DNA of 64,000 nt, taken from positions 4,560 through 68,559 of the forward strand of contig CAVROP010000090.1 in NCBI GenBank assembly GCA_963722675.1. Reading direction: 5' to 3'. Of the stretch, positions 34,101 through 43,809 are shown piece after piece. Made by a program: the position numbers and the translations under genes. Every line of letters starts with the position of its first letter. The first letter of the stretch is position 1. The stretch comes from an uncultured Acidobacteriota bacterium (lineage in GTDB: Bacteria > Acidobacteriota > Terriglobia > UBA7540). The notes beneath the pieces were generated by a model. The model ran no database searches. It was given only the letters and a program-made list of their open reading frames with translations, and was not told the origin of the DNA.

Positions 34101-34424
34101 AACGTCTTCAGCTCTGTAGACGACGCCCATGCCGCCCTCACCCAGTTTATCCAAGATCCTGTAATGGGAGACATTTTGTCCAACTGCCGGTTCGTGAACC
34201 GCCGCACTCTGCTGCTGCGCCAGCGCCCGCGCCGCCACCTCCATGGCGGGGGCTTCCATGAAGCTCTCGGAAGGCTTTTCGTAGTCGAGCAGGGATTCGA
34301 CTTCCCGCAACAGTTCGGAGTCCCCGCCGCAGGCTTTCTCGACGAACTCCCGCCGCCGGCTTTCGTCCTGCTCGAGGGCCGAGTGGAACAGCTCTTCAAC
34401 TTGCTTCCAGCGTTCGGATTGCAT
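31115..34424 (-). pseudogene. Ser/Thr protein kinase with one TM segment and an extracytoplasmic TPR domain; one frame disruption at 33061-33062
   Basis: Kinase motifs are GEGGMGVVYRAED, VALKFL, HRDVKPANIF and DFGLA. After the TM segment, removing one G restores PLTLADNIVLADFANTTGEKIFDETL. Long TPR-like repeats follow. The ATG at 34424 overlaps the sigma gene by 29 nt. Confidence 0.8.
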
Positions 34425-34992
34425 CTTGCTTTCCACCCATCTCACGGAGCAGCCAGGCTTTCGCCAGTTTCCAATCGCGCTTTACCGTTTCGGGAGAAAC
34501 CTGCAGCACTTCTGCCACTTCTTCCATACTCAAACCACCGAAGAAACGCAGTTCAACCACGCGGCTCTTGCGGGGATCGAGGGCTGCCAGGGTTTTGAGT
34601 GCGTCGTCGAGAGAGGCCAGGTCCAGCCGCTCCTCCGTCACGTCCAACCCTTCATCCAAGGAGACCGGGCGGACTCCGGCTCCCCGCTTCTGGCTTTGAT
34701 AAATGCGGGCAAAATCCACCAGGATTCTCCGCATTAAGCTGGCCGAGATGGCGAAGAAATGCGCGCGGTTCTGCCAGTTCACCTGGCGGGCATCGACGAG
34801 CCGAATGAAAGCCTCATTGACGAGTGCGGAAGTCTGAAGGATATGGCCGGAGCGTTCGCGGCTCATGTAATGTCGCGCCAGGCGGTGCAATTCGTCATAG
34901 ACGAGCGGCATGAGCCTCTCGAGGGCTTCGTGCTGACCATCGCTCCAGGCCCGGAGCAGTTGCGTGACCTCATTGGGAGCCGGCGGGGTCAT
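34396..34992 (-). CDS. ECF-type sigma-70 factor (kinase-associated ECF group, TIGR02999-like)
   Basis: 198 aa. The N-terminus [31 protein letters not shown] is typical of this ECF subgroup, and a region 4 HTH is present near the C-terminus. Confidence 0.8.
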   Translation of the reverse strand: MTPPAPNEVTQLLRAWSDGQHEALERLMPLVYDELHRLARHYMSRERSGHILQTSALVNEAFIRLVDARQVNWQNRAHFFAISASLMRRILVDFARIYQSQKRGAGVRPVSLDEGLDVTEERLDLASLDDALKTLAALDPRKSRVVELRFFGGLSMEEVAEVLQVSPETVKRDWKLAKAWLLREMGGKQDAIRTLEAS

Positions 34993-35213
34993 AAGACCTC
35001 TTCACCTCCACCACCTGCACTCTCCCTGGGTGGGGAGGGGCGTCAAGAGTGGCAGACATCGCCGCCTACGGCGGGGCGCGCCCCTCATGATAGCACACCG
35101 GATTTTCATCACAATCTCTTTCCTGGACCTTACCCTTTTCAGAAGCCCTTTCCGCATTACCAGGTGAGGGCGAGAAACGAAGGCCCTCAAAATTAAAAAG
35201 AGGAGGCTCCACC

Positions 35214-35663
35214 ATGAACGTCAATCGTTACCTCAGGTTTTGCGGGTTCTTCGCTCTCGCGCTGCTGGCCATCTCGATTATCCCAACCGTCGCGAGCGCT
35301 CAATCCTTTCGCGGAAAATTCACCCTGCCCTTCGCGGCACGTTGGGGCGGGTTGACCCTGCCGGCCGGAGAATACACCTTCACCGCCGACGACCTAACAA
35401 ACGCCAGCTTGATCTCCATTGAGCATGACGGGCAGTGCTTAGGGAGAGTCATGGTCGCAGGGGTCTCATACGGTACCCCTTACAAGAGCAGCGAACTGGT
35501 CGCCGTGCCCGCCGGGGACACGTACAGGATCAGCCTGCTGCGTCTGGAAAATCAGTGTGTGATCAGTTTCCCGATACCGAAGAGAGAACGTGAGCAGATG
35601 ACCGCCCAGAACCGTGGGCCGGCGCTTGCTCGGGTCATCGCGGTCCAGGCACATGTGGCCTAA
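35214..35663 (+). CDS. Small secreted hypothetical protein
   Basis: RBS aagaggagg followed by ATG at 35214. Signal peptide FFALALLAISIIPTVASAQS. No family recognised. Confidence 0.6.
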   Translation: MNVNRYLRFCGFFALALLAISIIPTVASAQSFRGKFTLPFAARWGGLTLPAGEYTFTADDLTNASLISIEHDGQCLGRVMVAGVSYGTPYKSSELVAVPAGDTYRISLLRLENQCVISFPIPKREREQMTAQNRGPALARVIAVQAHVA

Positions 35664-35865
35664 TACCCCCGGACTGCCCAAGATGGGGGCCAACCTTAAC
35701 CTCCCGGTTATCCCACTCGGAGAGCGGTTGGCCCCACAGATCGGTTGTAGAAGATAACTTAGGCAGCGCAGGTGATTTTGCTCAGGCTCAGGAAATGCGA
35801 GACGGGAAAGGAAAGCACAGGCACGAAGGCCTGTGCTGCGTGCTTAGAACGAGGAGGAAAAACGT

Positions 35866-36366
35866 ATGAAGAGGAGAAACGCTGCAGTGCTGGTTTCCAC
35901 GTTGTTCTGGGTCCTGGCTGTGACGCAGTTGGGTGTGTGTGCTGCGACCACCCATAGCGCGCTCAAAGTTAAGTTGAATTACACAGGGGCGGGAATTGTG
36001 GATGAAAACCACAAGATCTATGTGCTTCTGTTCGACACCAACCCCTTCACTGCATCCTCACTTGTGGATTCCACCTCGGAGATGACACCGCCCGCCACCA
36101 CCGCGGGTGTCAGCCACATTCTGCGGCGTTTCAGCGCCTCCCGAAAAGACGGAACCATCACCTTTGATTTCCTCAGGTCATCGGCGGTTTATGCCGCGGC
36201 ATTCGTCGATCGGAATGGCAGCTATGACGGACACTCGGACCCGGTCTCTGGGGCGCCGATGGGTCTGTACCGAAAAGCCCCAGACAAGATCCAACCAATC
36301 AGGCTGAAGAGCGGAAAAAGTGTGAAAATCGTCTTAGCCTTCGACGATTCGACAAAGACTCCGTAG
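35866..36366 (+). CDS. Small secreted hypothetical protein
   Basis: RBS gaggagg followed by ATG at 35866. A signal peptide is present. No family recognised. Confidence 0.6.
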   Translation: MKRRNAAVLVSTLFWVLAVTQLGVCAATTHSALKVKLNYTGAGIVDENHKIYVLLFDTNPFTASSLVDSTSEMTPPATTAGVSHILRRFSASRKDGTITFDFLRSSAVYAAAFVDRNGSYDGHSDPVSGAPMGLYRKAPDKIQPIRLKSGKSVKIVLAFDDSTKTP

Positions 36367-36384
36367 TGCGACAAATGGCCCTCG

Positions 36385-36484
36385 GAAGGGCGGGGCTTCA
36401 GCCCCGCCGCCTAGGTGACCAAAGTCGCAAGGGCCTTTAGGCCCTGAAACCAACTTGCTTCAGGGGCTAAAGCGCCGCCCTTCC
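36385..36484. repeat. REP-like element with outer arms gaagggcgg/ccgcccttc and inner hairpins; it may also terminate the upstream gene
   Basis: Inner hairpins are ggcggggc-ttca-gccccgcc (36389-36408) and agggcc-ttt-aggccct. The element starts 19 nt after the stop at 36366. Confidence 0.6.
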
Positions 36485-36600
36485 GCGCAGGCAGGGCGGT
36501 TCCCGAACCGCAGGAATTTCGGCGGAATTTGGAACTGCCGAACTTGTTCCAGCGTTTAGGTAGAAGAGAGATCGAAACGACGCGCCGGAGGTCTTCTGCA

Positions 36601-39054
36601 ATGCGAACCGTACTCCAGGACCTGAAATTCGGTTTGAGGATGCTGGCGAAGAATCCTGCGTTTACCGCCGTGGCGGTGTTGACGCTGGCCTTGGGCATCG
36701 GCGCTAACACGGCACTCTTCTCCGTGGTGAAAGGCGTGCTGCTTGACCCGCTGCCCTATCCTCAGCCCGAGCGGCTCGTAGCTCTTTACACACGCACTCA
36801 GGCTTCTCCGTGGTGGTCCATTTCTTATCCCAACTTCCTCGATTGGGTGCGCGACAACCGGTCGTTTTCGGCGCTGGCGGGGTACCGTGAAGACGACTTC
36901 AGCTTGACGGGAACGGGCGAACCCGAACGCGTCACGGCGGATATGGTCTCGGCGAGTTTCTTTCCGTTATTGGGCGTGCAACCACGCCTCGGCCGGAATT
37001 TTCTGCCTGAAGAGGACCAAGCCGGCGCGGCGCACGTGGTGATGATCAGCAGCGGCCTCTGGAAGCGCAAGTTCGGCTCTGAACCTGGCGCGGTAGGGAA
37101 AAGTCTCACGCTTGATGGCAAGGCCTACACCATTGTCGGCGTGGTCCCGGAGGATTTCCGTTACACCGGCAACAACTTTGACAGCAACGCAGAGGTCTAC
37201 GTCCCCATCGGCCAGTGGGACAATCCCGTCTTTCACGATCGCAAAATCGGCATGGGCATGGACGCCGTCGGAAGGCTCAAGCCTGACGTTACCTTCAAGC
37301 AGGCGCGGGCCGACATGGATGCGCTGGGACAGCACCTGGCGGAGGCGTACCCTGATGCCAACAAAGGCACCGGCATCACGATGTTCCCACTCGTGGAAAA
37401 CATGGTGGGTGAGATCAGGCCGTTTCTGCTGGTGCTGCTCGCCGCAGTGGGGTTCGTGCTTCTGATCTCTTGCGTAAACGTTGCCAACCTCTTGTTGGCG
37501 CGCTCGACCGCACGCACCCATGAATTCGCCATACGCGCAGCCTTGGGTGCCAACCGGAGCCGTGTCATTCGCCAGCTACTCACCGAATGCGTTTTGCTTG
37601 GCCTGTCCGGTGGGGGCCTGGGCGTCCTGATTGCCTCCCTGGGAATGCGGATAGCCTTGAGTGCTTTGCCGCAGGCATTGCCGCGCGTGGAACAAGTCCG
37701 CCTCGACGGACGTGTGCTGTTGTTTACGCTCGCGATCTCGATTCTATCGGGCGTCTTATTCGGCCTGGTGCCAGGATTGAAGACGTCGCGGACAAATCTT
37801 CAAATAACCTTGAAAGAGGGTGGACGAGGGTTGAGCGGCGCGCGCCATGGCGCCCAGCGAGTTCTGGTGGCCGCGGAAATGGCATTGGCGCTGGTGCTCC
37901 TGGCCGGCGCCGGCCTGATGATTCGCAGCCTTTTGAAGCTGTGGAACGTCAATCCCGGCTTCGACCGCCACAACGTGCTCACGTTCAGGCTGGGGCTTCC
38001 CAAGGCAACCATTTCGACTACGGAAGGGGCCCTGGCCGCCTGGCGCCAACTGGAAGAACAGCTCGGCGCCGTTCCGGGCGTTCAAGCCGCCTCCGTGACC
38101 ATCGGCGCGATGCCGATGTCCGGGGATGAGGAATTCCCATTCTGGGTGGACGGCCGGCCCAAGCCTGCGACGGAAGCGGAGATGAAGCAGGCGATCATCT
38201 ACAACGTGCAGCCCAGTTATCTGAAAGTGATGAGGACTCCGCTCCTGCGCGGCCGCTTCCTCTCTTCCGCCGATGACGAGCATGCTCCTCTCGTCGCCGT
38301 CATTGATGAACGCTTTCAGCAGATCCACTTTGGCAAGCAGGATCCCATCGGCCAACGTCTCCACTTCGGCATCATCGGGGATACGGTGGAAATTGTGGGA
38401 GTGGTTGGGCACGTGAAACAGTGGGGCCTTGATTCGGATTCGAATCCCAACATGCAGGCGCAATGCTATCTTGCCGTGGCGCAGGTTCCCAGTAAGTTCG
38501 TGCCCATGCTGGCCGGATATACCAGAATCGCACTGCGAACCGCGGGTTCGCCGCTAGCGCAAGTTGCTTCCCTTCGCCATGCCCTGCATCAGATCAACAG
38601 AGAGCAGGTGATTTACGAAATCCGCACGATGGACGAAATCGTTTCCGACTCGCTCGCCGCTCGCCGCTTCTCGATGGTGCTTCTGGGAGTATTCGCCGGC
38701 CTTGCCCTGGTCATGGCCTGCGTAGGAGTGTATGGGGTCGTTTCTTACCTCAACAGCCAGCGAACCCACGAGATCGGCATCCGCATGGCCCTTGGAGCCG
38801 ACCGGATAACGGTTTTGCGAATGGTGCTCGAGGACGGCGTGAAGATGGCCCTCACGGGTGTTGCGATCGGCCTGGTCGCAGCTTTCGGGCTGACCCGCCT
38901 CATGGCCAACATGCTCTTCGGAGTGAGCGCTCACGATCCCTTGTGTTTTGCGGCGGTCGCCGGCCTATTGGTTCTGGTTGCGCTGGCGGCCTGTTTGATA
39001 CCAGCCCGCCGGGCGACTAAGACTGACCCGCTGGTGGCGCTGCGATATGAGTAG
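36601..39054 (+). CDS. ADOP-family duplicated ABC permease (MacB-like, two FtsX domains)
   Basis: The ATG at 36601 gives [43 protein letters not shown], the canonical N-terminus. The protein is about 817 aa with two 4-TM FtsX-type halves. Confidence 0.85.
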   Translation: MRTVLQDLKFGLRMLAKNPAFTAVAVLTLALGIGANTALFSVVKGVLLDPLPYPQPERLVALYTRTQASPWWSISYPNFLDWVRDNRSFSALAGYREDDFSLTGTGEPERVTADMVSASFFPLLGVQPRLGRNFLPEEDQAGAAHVVMISSGLWKRKFGSEPGAVGKSLTLDGKAYTIVGVVPEDFRYTGNNFDSNAEVYVPIGQWDNPVFHDRKIGMGMDAVGRLKPDVTFKQARADMDALGQHLAEAYPDANKGTGITMFPLVENMVGEIRPFLLVLLAAVGFVLLISCVNVANLLLARSTARTHEFAIRAALGANRSRVIRQLLTECVLLGLSGGGLGVLIASLGMRIALSALPQALPRVEQVRLDGRVLLFTLAISILSGVLFGLVPGLKTSRTNLQITLKEGGRGLSGARHGAQRVLVAAEMALALVLLAGAGLMIRSLLKLWNVNPGFDRHNVLTFRLGLPKATISTTEGALAAWRQLEEQLGAVPGVQAASVTIGAMPMSGDEEFPFWVDGRPKPATEAEMKQAIIYNVQPSYLKVMRTPLLRGRFLSSADDEHAPLVAVIDERFQQIHFGKQDPIGQRLHFGIIGDTVEIVGVVGHVKQWGLDSDSNPNMQAQCYLAVAQVPSKFVPMLAGYTRIALRTAGSPLAQVASLRHALHQINREQVIYEIRTMDEIVSDSLAARRFSMVLLGVFAGLALVMACVGVYGVVSYLNSQRTHEIGIRMALGADRITVLRMVLEDGVKMALTGVAIGLVAAFGLTRLMANMLFGVSAHDPLCFAAVAGLLVLVALAACLIPARRATKTDPLVALRYE

Positions 39055-39076
39055 GGCAGCGTAGGGCAGAGCGGAA

Positions 39077-39358
39077 CCCCCTCACCCGGCGCTGCGCGCC
39101 ACCCTCTCCCCCAAGGGGGCGAGGGTATCAATTCAGTGCCTCTCCGTCCTGTCCCCTCAAGGGGGCGAGGGTATCAATTCAGTGCCTCTCCGTCCTGTCC
39201 CCCCAAGGGGGCGAGGGTATCAATTCAGAGTTTCACCCTCCTACCCCTCAAAGGGACAAGGGCATCAATTCAGTGTTTTTTCCTCCCTCGCCCCCTTGGG
39301 GGAGAGGGTGGCCTGCAGCCGGCGCTTTCATCAGCCGGGGCAGGCCGGGTGAGGGGTC
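39077..39358. repeat. REP family A composite: two inverted terminal copies flanking about 4 contiguous tandem units of roughly 45 bp
   Basis: Units have the form ctccgtcctgtcccc(t/c)caagggggcgagggtatcaattcagtgcct. The flanks are cccctcacccggc and gccgggtgaggggtc. There are no unique spacers. Confidence 0.85.
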
Positions 39359-39370
39359 CACTTGCCATTT

Positions 39371-40249
39371 TCACAGCCCGCCACGGGGCCCCTGCTCGAG
39401 CGGCAGAACGCGGACTTCCACTTCCACGGACTGCCCGCCACCGCCCAGCGTAAGGCCCTTCATCGGCGTCACGTCGCCATAGTCCCGCCCCCACGCCAAG
39501 GTGATGTGAGTGTCGGAAGGCATTAAGTTATTGGTGGGATCGAAACTCAGCCAACCGTTCGCCGGATCGAATACCGACACCCAGGCATGTGACGCGGCGG
39601 CTCCCTGAAACTGCGGGCCGCTGCGGATGTAGCCACTCACGTAGCGCGCCGCCAGGCGGAGCGAACGAAGCACGCCGATCATGAGGTGAGCAAAATCCTG
39701 GCAGACGCCCCGGCGGTTATTGAACACTTCGAGGAGCGGCGTATCGATGCAGGTGGACTGAGGCTGGTACCTGAATTCGTCGTGGATGCGCCGGGTAAGT
39801 TCTTCGAGCGCGCTGAACAGCGGGCGGCCGGGCGTGAAAGTGGGGCAAGCATATTCCCGCAACTCCGGGTGGGCGGAAACATAGGGAGAATCGAAGATGA
39901 ACTCGGACGCGGCGATGGAATCCGGCTCGAGCGGCTGAGCCAGCGTCTCGCGCACCGCCTCCCACGCCGGGGAGACACGAATTCCGCTTCTCTGCGGTCC
40001 GACCTCAACCACACTGGAGGCGGCCGCCTCGAATCGCTCATGTCGATCAAAAACTGCAAAGGTGGAAACATCGTTGCCAAAATAGTCCTTATGACCGCTC
40101 TGGAAGGCCGGTAGAGGGTCAACTTGCAGCCGATGCTCGAGAACTCGTTGGGAAGGCAGCGCCCGCGGAGTCAGGCGCGCCTCGCTGTAACACTGTGTCA
40201 CCGGCGACGGGTAAGCGTAGCGAGTCGAGTGTGTAATCCGGTAGAGCAT
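39371..40249 (-). CDS. Transglutaminase-family protein (Bact_transglu_N plus transglutaminase core)
   Basis: N-terminus MLYRITHSTRYAYPSPV. Cys-His-Asp triad contexts are present (GVCQDFAHL, ASHAWVSVF, FDPTN). Confidence 0.85.
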   Translation of the reverse strand: MLYRITHSTRYAYPSPVTQCYSEARLTPRALPSQRVLEHRLQVDPLPAFQSGHKDYFGNDVSTFAVFDRHERFEAAASSVVEVGPQRSGIRVSPAWEAVRETLAQPLEPDSIAASEFIFDSPYVSAHPELREYACPTFTPGRPLFSALEELTRRIHDEFRYQPQSTCIDTPLLEVFNNRRGVCQDFAHLMIGVLRSLRLAARYVSGYIRSGPQFQGAAASHAWVSVFDPANGWLSFDPTNNLMPSDTHITLAWGRDYGDVTPMKGLTLGGGGQSVEVEVRVLPLEQGPRGGL

Positions 40250-40255
40250 TCGGCA

Positions 40256-42796
40256 TCACCAGGACGCGGTCAGGAGCGAGGCCTTGGCCGGGCTCAGGTA
40301 TTGCGCCGTCAACGCTTCGGAGAATTCGTACAAGTGCGTCTTGAGCTGCCGGAGATACGACTCCAGCGCCACGAACTTGCCAGCACTGTCCCGCTGGGCG
40401 AGCGTTGACAGGGATGCGGCCCGGATTTCACGGAGCGTTCCGCCCACCAACTCGTCCAGCCGGCCGTGCTCGGGGTCGTCACTTCGCGCCAGGGAATACA
40501 ATTGATCCGCCAAATCGGCGATTTGGAATCCGATCGAGCGGGGGTTCAACTCATCCACCAACAGAAGTTGTAAGACCAGGTCGGTTCTTAGGATGCTGAC
40601 ATATCGCGTGCGGTAGGTAATGGAACTGTCCGCCGCCTGAAGAAGAATGTGAAGGTAGGGTTGGGAGCTGGGCGGAGCCTCCACCACCGCGACGCGCAGC
40701 AACTCCGCCAATTGCCAAGCCCTCTCCAGCCGGCGGCCAAGCTGCACGAAGCGCCAGCCCTCGCCGCGGGTGGTGTTTTCCATCAGCAAGCCGGACAAGG
40801 CGGAAAGTGTCATGACGGCGCGATCCAGAACGCCAAATTGAGCGATATACCTGAGCTCCTGATTGGCGGGCAGGGCGCCGGAGAATTCCGCATCCAGGCG
40901 CCGCAGCGCGTGCCAGGTGTCGCCGGAGAGCCGCTCCTTCAATTGCCGGGCGACGCGGTGCATCTGTTTGAGGTTCCATCCCAGGCTGGAAATCCGGGAG
41001 GGATCGTAAACGATTTCCGTCAGAAAGCGCTGCACGCGCCAGCGCTGCTCGGCGAGGGACGCGGTGGCGTCTTCGGGCGGCAGAAAACCCAGGCCCACCA
41101 GAAGAGAGACCGCGGTATCCAGCGTCAGAGCGTGTCCGAAATCTTCTTCTGCGGAAAGCGCAGGTAACAGAGCACGGAAAAGGCGAACATGGGCTTCCAC
41201 GCGTTCGGTGTAGCGGCCCAGCCAAAAGAGATTGTCGGCTACCCGGCTGGGCAGCGCATTGCGGCCAGCGGACGCGTCGAGGGGCACAGAAGGCAGGTTG
41301 GGCCCCGGCGAAGATTCTCCTGTGCCCCCCAGCACCCAGGTGTCTTTGCTGACACCCCCCAGGCGCAGAGGAAGCTGCCGGGAGGATGATTCCGCGGTAA
41401 CCCGCGCCAGACCGCCGGACATCACGCCATAAGACTGGCCGTCCCAGGACGCAAAGACTCGAAGGACGACGTGGCGAGCGGCCAATCCGCCTTCGGTGCG
41501 CGACGGCGCGGTGGAAAGCGCAATCTCTTCCTGCGCCACATACCGTTCAGGGTGCACTTTGATGGCGGCAATCAGCTTTTCCCGCCCTGCGCCGTCCGGA
41601 GACGCCGGAAACTCCGGCGGCTGGCCGAAACTGGTCGAGGCAGGCCGGACCACCAGGTCATCGAGATGTTCCAACACGTATTGGCAAGCTTTCTCCTGGC
41701 CGCACCACCAGGTGGCCACCGAAGGCATGCGTAGTTCTTCGCCCAGGAGCAGGCGGCAAAGCCCTGGGAGGAACGCCAGAAAGCCAGGCCCTTCCACAAC
41801 CCCGCTGCCGAGAGCGTTGTCAATGACCACCCCGCCGCTGCGAGCCGCCTGGACAAGGCCGGGCACGCCCAGCAAGGAATCTCCCCGCAGTTCGAGGGGA
41901 TCGCAGAAAGCGTCCTCGAAACAGCGCAGAATCAAATCCACCGGTTCTAGCCCTGCCAAGGTTTTCAAATAGACGCGACCGTCGCGGACCGTCAGGTCGT
42001 CCCCTTGCACCAGGGGCAAACCCCAATCGCCGGCCAGAAAGGAATGCTCGAAATAAGCGTCGGTGTGCGGCCCGGGAGTAAGGACTACGCCACGAGGATG
42101 ATTGCTGCGCCGTGCGGCGAGAGAGAACAGGGCAAGGCGGTGGACGTCCAGGAAGCGCGCCAGTTGCCGAACCCGGTGTTGGCTGAAGACGCCGGGCAAA
42201 GCGCGCGCGCTCACCAGCCGGTTCTCCAGAGTGTAGCCCATTCCGGCCGGCGCCTGGGTGCGCTCCGCAATCACCCACCAGCGGCCGTCCGGTGAACGGG
42301 CCAAATCCGCAGCGTAAGTGTGCAAGTAGACGCCGGCAGGCGGCGCAAATCCAAAGCAAGGCCGGAGGAACTGGGGATTGTCGAAGACCAGCGCCGGGGG
42401 CAGGAAGTGCTCATACAACAGTTTTTGCTGGCCGTAAAGATCGAACAGAACCGCATTCAGTAATTCCGCGCGCTGGATGACGGCCCTTTCAATGCGGGTC
42501 CATTCCTCTTCCGCAATCAGCAAGGGTATGGGATCCAGAGTCAAGGGACGCTCATTGTCCCAAGGATCCCCTGCGAGGTTGTTGGAGACGCCGGTTTCCC
42601 GGATCAGTTGCACGCCGGATTGCCAGTAACGGTCGAACTGCCGGAACCCTAAGTGGCGAATGGCGGCGGCGAGGCGGCGCCAAGGGCGGCGCGGCAGACC
42701 GGAGGGCAGCACGGCCTCGTCCCAGTAGCCCTTAACGGGAGCATATCGCCACTCCTCCACCGCGGTTTGATTCGCTGCCTGTGAGGTATCGCTCAC
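40256..42796 (-). CDS. Fusion protein: circularly permuted type-2 ATP-grasp domain plus alpha-E domain
   Basis: 846 aa. The N-terminal 480 aa or so parallel the stand-alone ATP-grasp at 43799..45262. The C-terminal 330 aa or so parallel the alpha-E protein (NLFWLGRYTERVE versus [13 protein letters not shown]). Confidence 0.8.
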   Translation of the reverse strand: MSDTSQAANQTAVEEWRYAPVKGYWDEAVLPSGLPRRPWRRLAAAIRHLGFRQFDRYWQSGVQLIRETGVSNNLAGDPWDNERPLTLDPIPLLIAEEEWTRIERAVIQRAELLNAVLFDLYGQQKLLYEHFLPPALVFDNPQFLRPCFGFAPPAGVYLHTYAADLARSPDGRWWVIAERTQAPAGMGYTLENRLVSARALPGVFSQHRVRQLARFLDVHRLALFSLAARRSNHPRGVVLTPGPHTDAYFEHSFLAGDWGLPLVQGDDLTVRDGRVYLKTLAGLEPVDLILRCFEDAFCDPLELRGDSLLGVPGLVQAARSGGVVIDNALGSGVVEGPGFLAFLPGLCRLLLGEELRMPSVATWWCGQEKACQYVLEHLDDLVVRPASTSFGQPPEFPASPDGAGREKLIAAIKVHPERYVAQEEIALSTAPSRTEGGLAARHVVLRVFASWDGQSYGVMSGGLARVTAESSSRQLPLRLGGVSKDTWVLGGTGESSPGPNLPSVPLDASAGRNALPSRVADNLFWLGRYTERVEAHVRLFRALLPALSAEEDFGHALTLDTAVSLLVGLGFLPPEDATASLAEQRWRVQRFLTEIVYDPSRISSLGWNLKQMHRVARQLKERLSGDTWHALRRLDAEFSGALPANQELRYIAQFGVLDRAVMTLSALSGLLMENTTRGEGWRFVQLGRRLERAWQLAELLRVAVVEAPPSSQPYLHILLQAADSSITYRTRYVSILRTDLVLQLLLVDELNPRSIGFQIADLADQLYSLARSDDPEHGRLDELVGGTLREIRAASLSTLAQRDSAGKFVALESYLRQLKTHLYEFSEALTAQYLSPAKASLLTASW

Positions 42797-42798
42797 TT

Positions 42799-43809
42799 CT
42801 AGGCTCTTGATGACGAAACCTCCTCTTCCACGGAGGTTTGAGAATCCGATTCCCCGGCGAAGAAGTCGCGTGTCAGGTTGTCGTCGAGGGCGTTCATCCG
42901 CGCCTGCAGGCCGTCCAAATACTCGTGCAGCCCATCCTTGATGATTTTGTTCACAGAAATGTAATCAAGTTCCGCGCGCAGCGGGGCCAGGGAGCATTCC
43001 GAGGGGCACTCACATGACCCCATGGGAGTACCGGTAATCGTGTGCAGCGATTCATCGGCCTCGCGGAGGCAGTGGCGGATGGCGCGGGGAAACTCGCGGT
43101 CAAGGATCAGGAACTCCACGATACTGCGCGGGACGATGCGTCCGTACTTTTTACGGTACATCTCGAATCCGCTGACCGATTTCAAGACCGCCGACCAGTG
43201 AATGTCATCATAGGGAGTTCCGACAGCGTTCGCGGAGGGGAGCAGCATGAAGAACTTCACATCCAAAATGCGCGATGTCTTGTCGGCCCGCTCGAGCTGC
43301 CTTCCCAGGCGCAGGAAATGCCAGGCCTCGTTGTAACTCATCGTGGCGTCGGTGATTCCTTCAAACATGTGGCAGCCCAGGCGGATGCCGCGCAAGAGTT
43401 CGGCCAGGCGCTCCGACTCCGCCAGCGACATCTGGGATTGAATCTTCAGGTACAGGCTGTTGACTTGCTCCCACATCTCGGAGGAAATGATCTCGCGAAT
43501 CGAGCGGGCGTTCTCACGGGCGGCGCGCAGGCAGGAGATGACGGAATTCAGATTGTCGCTATCGAGCACCAGGAACTTGATCACCGACCGCTTTTTCGCG
43601 TTGCCGTAGCGCTCGCGAAAGACCGCGGCGTCACCGCTGGTGTCAATCAGGGGTTGCCACTGGTGGGCGGGTTCGAGGGGCAAATCCAGTTGCAGGTGCA
43701 GGTTAACATCAATGAAGCGCGCCACGTTTTCCGCCCGCTCGATGTAGCGCGCCATCCAGTAAACGGCGTCGGCCGCCCGGCTCAGGAGCGGCGCGGTTTC
43801 ACTGCTCAT
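42799..43809 (-). CDS. Alpha-E domain protein (DUF403)
   Basis: 336 aa. The N-terminus [29 protein letters not shown] is typical. Confidence 0.8.
   Translation of the reverse strand: MSSETAPLLSRAADAVYWMARYIERAENVARFIDVNLHLQLDLPLEPAHQWQPLIDTSGDAAVFRERYGNAKKRSVIKFLVLDSDNLNSVISCLRAARENARSIREIISSEMWEQVNSLYLKIQSQMSLAESERLAELLRGIRLGCHMFEGITDATMSYNEAWHFLRLGRQLERADKTSRILDVKFFMLLPSANAVGTPYDDIHWSAVLKSVSGFEMYRKKYGRIVPRSIVEFLILDREFPRAIRHCLREADESLHTITGTPMGSCECPSECSLAPLRAELDYISVNKIIKDGLHEYLDGLQARMNALDDNLTRDFFAGESDSQTSVEEEVSSSRA

Noticed and set aside
38436-38448. tRNA T-arm-like string ggattcgaatccc
   Set aside because: It lies inside the ADOP permease CDS, where it encodes LDSDSNP, and no acceptor or anticodon stems surround it.
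39077-39358. Possible CRISPR array (regularly spaced repeats of about 45 bp)
   Set aside because: The units are contiguous, with no unique spacers between them. They are imperfect and belong to REP family A. No cas genes occur in the window.
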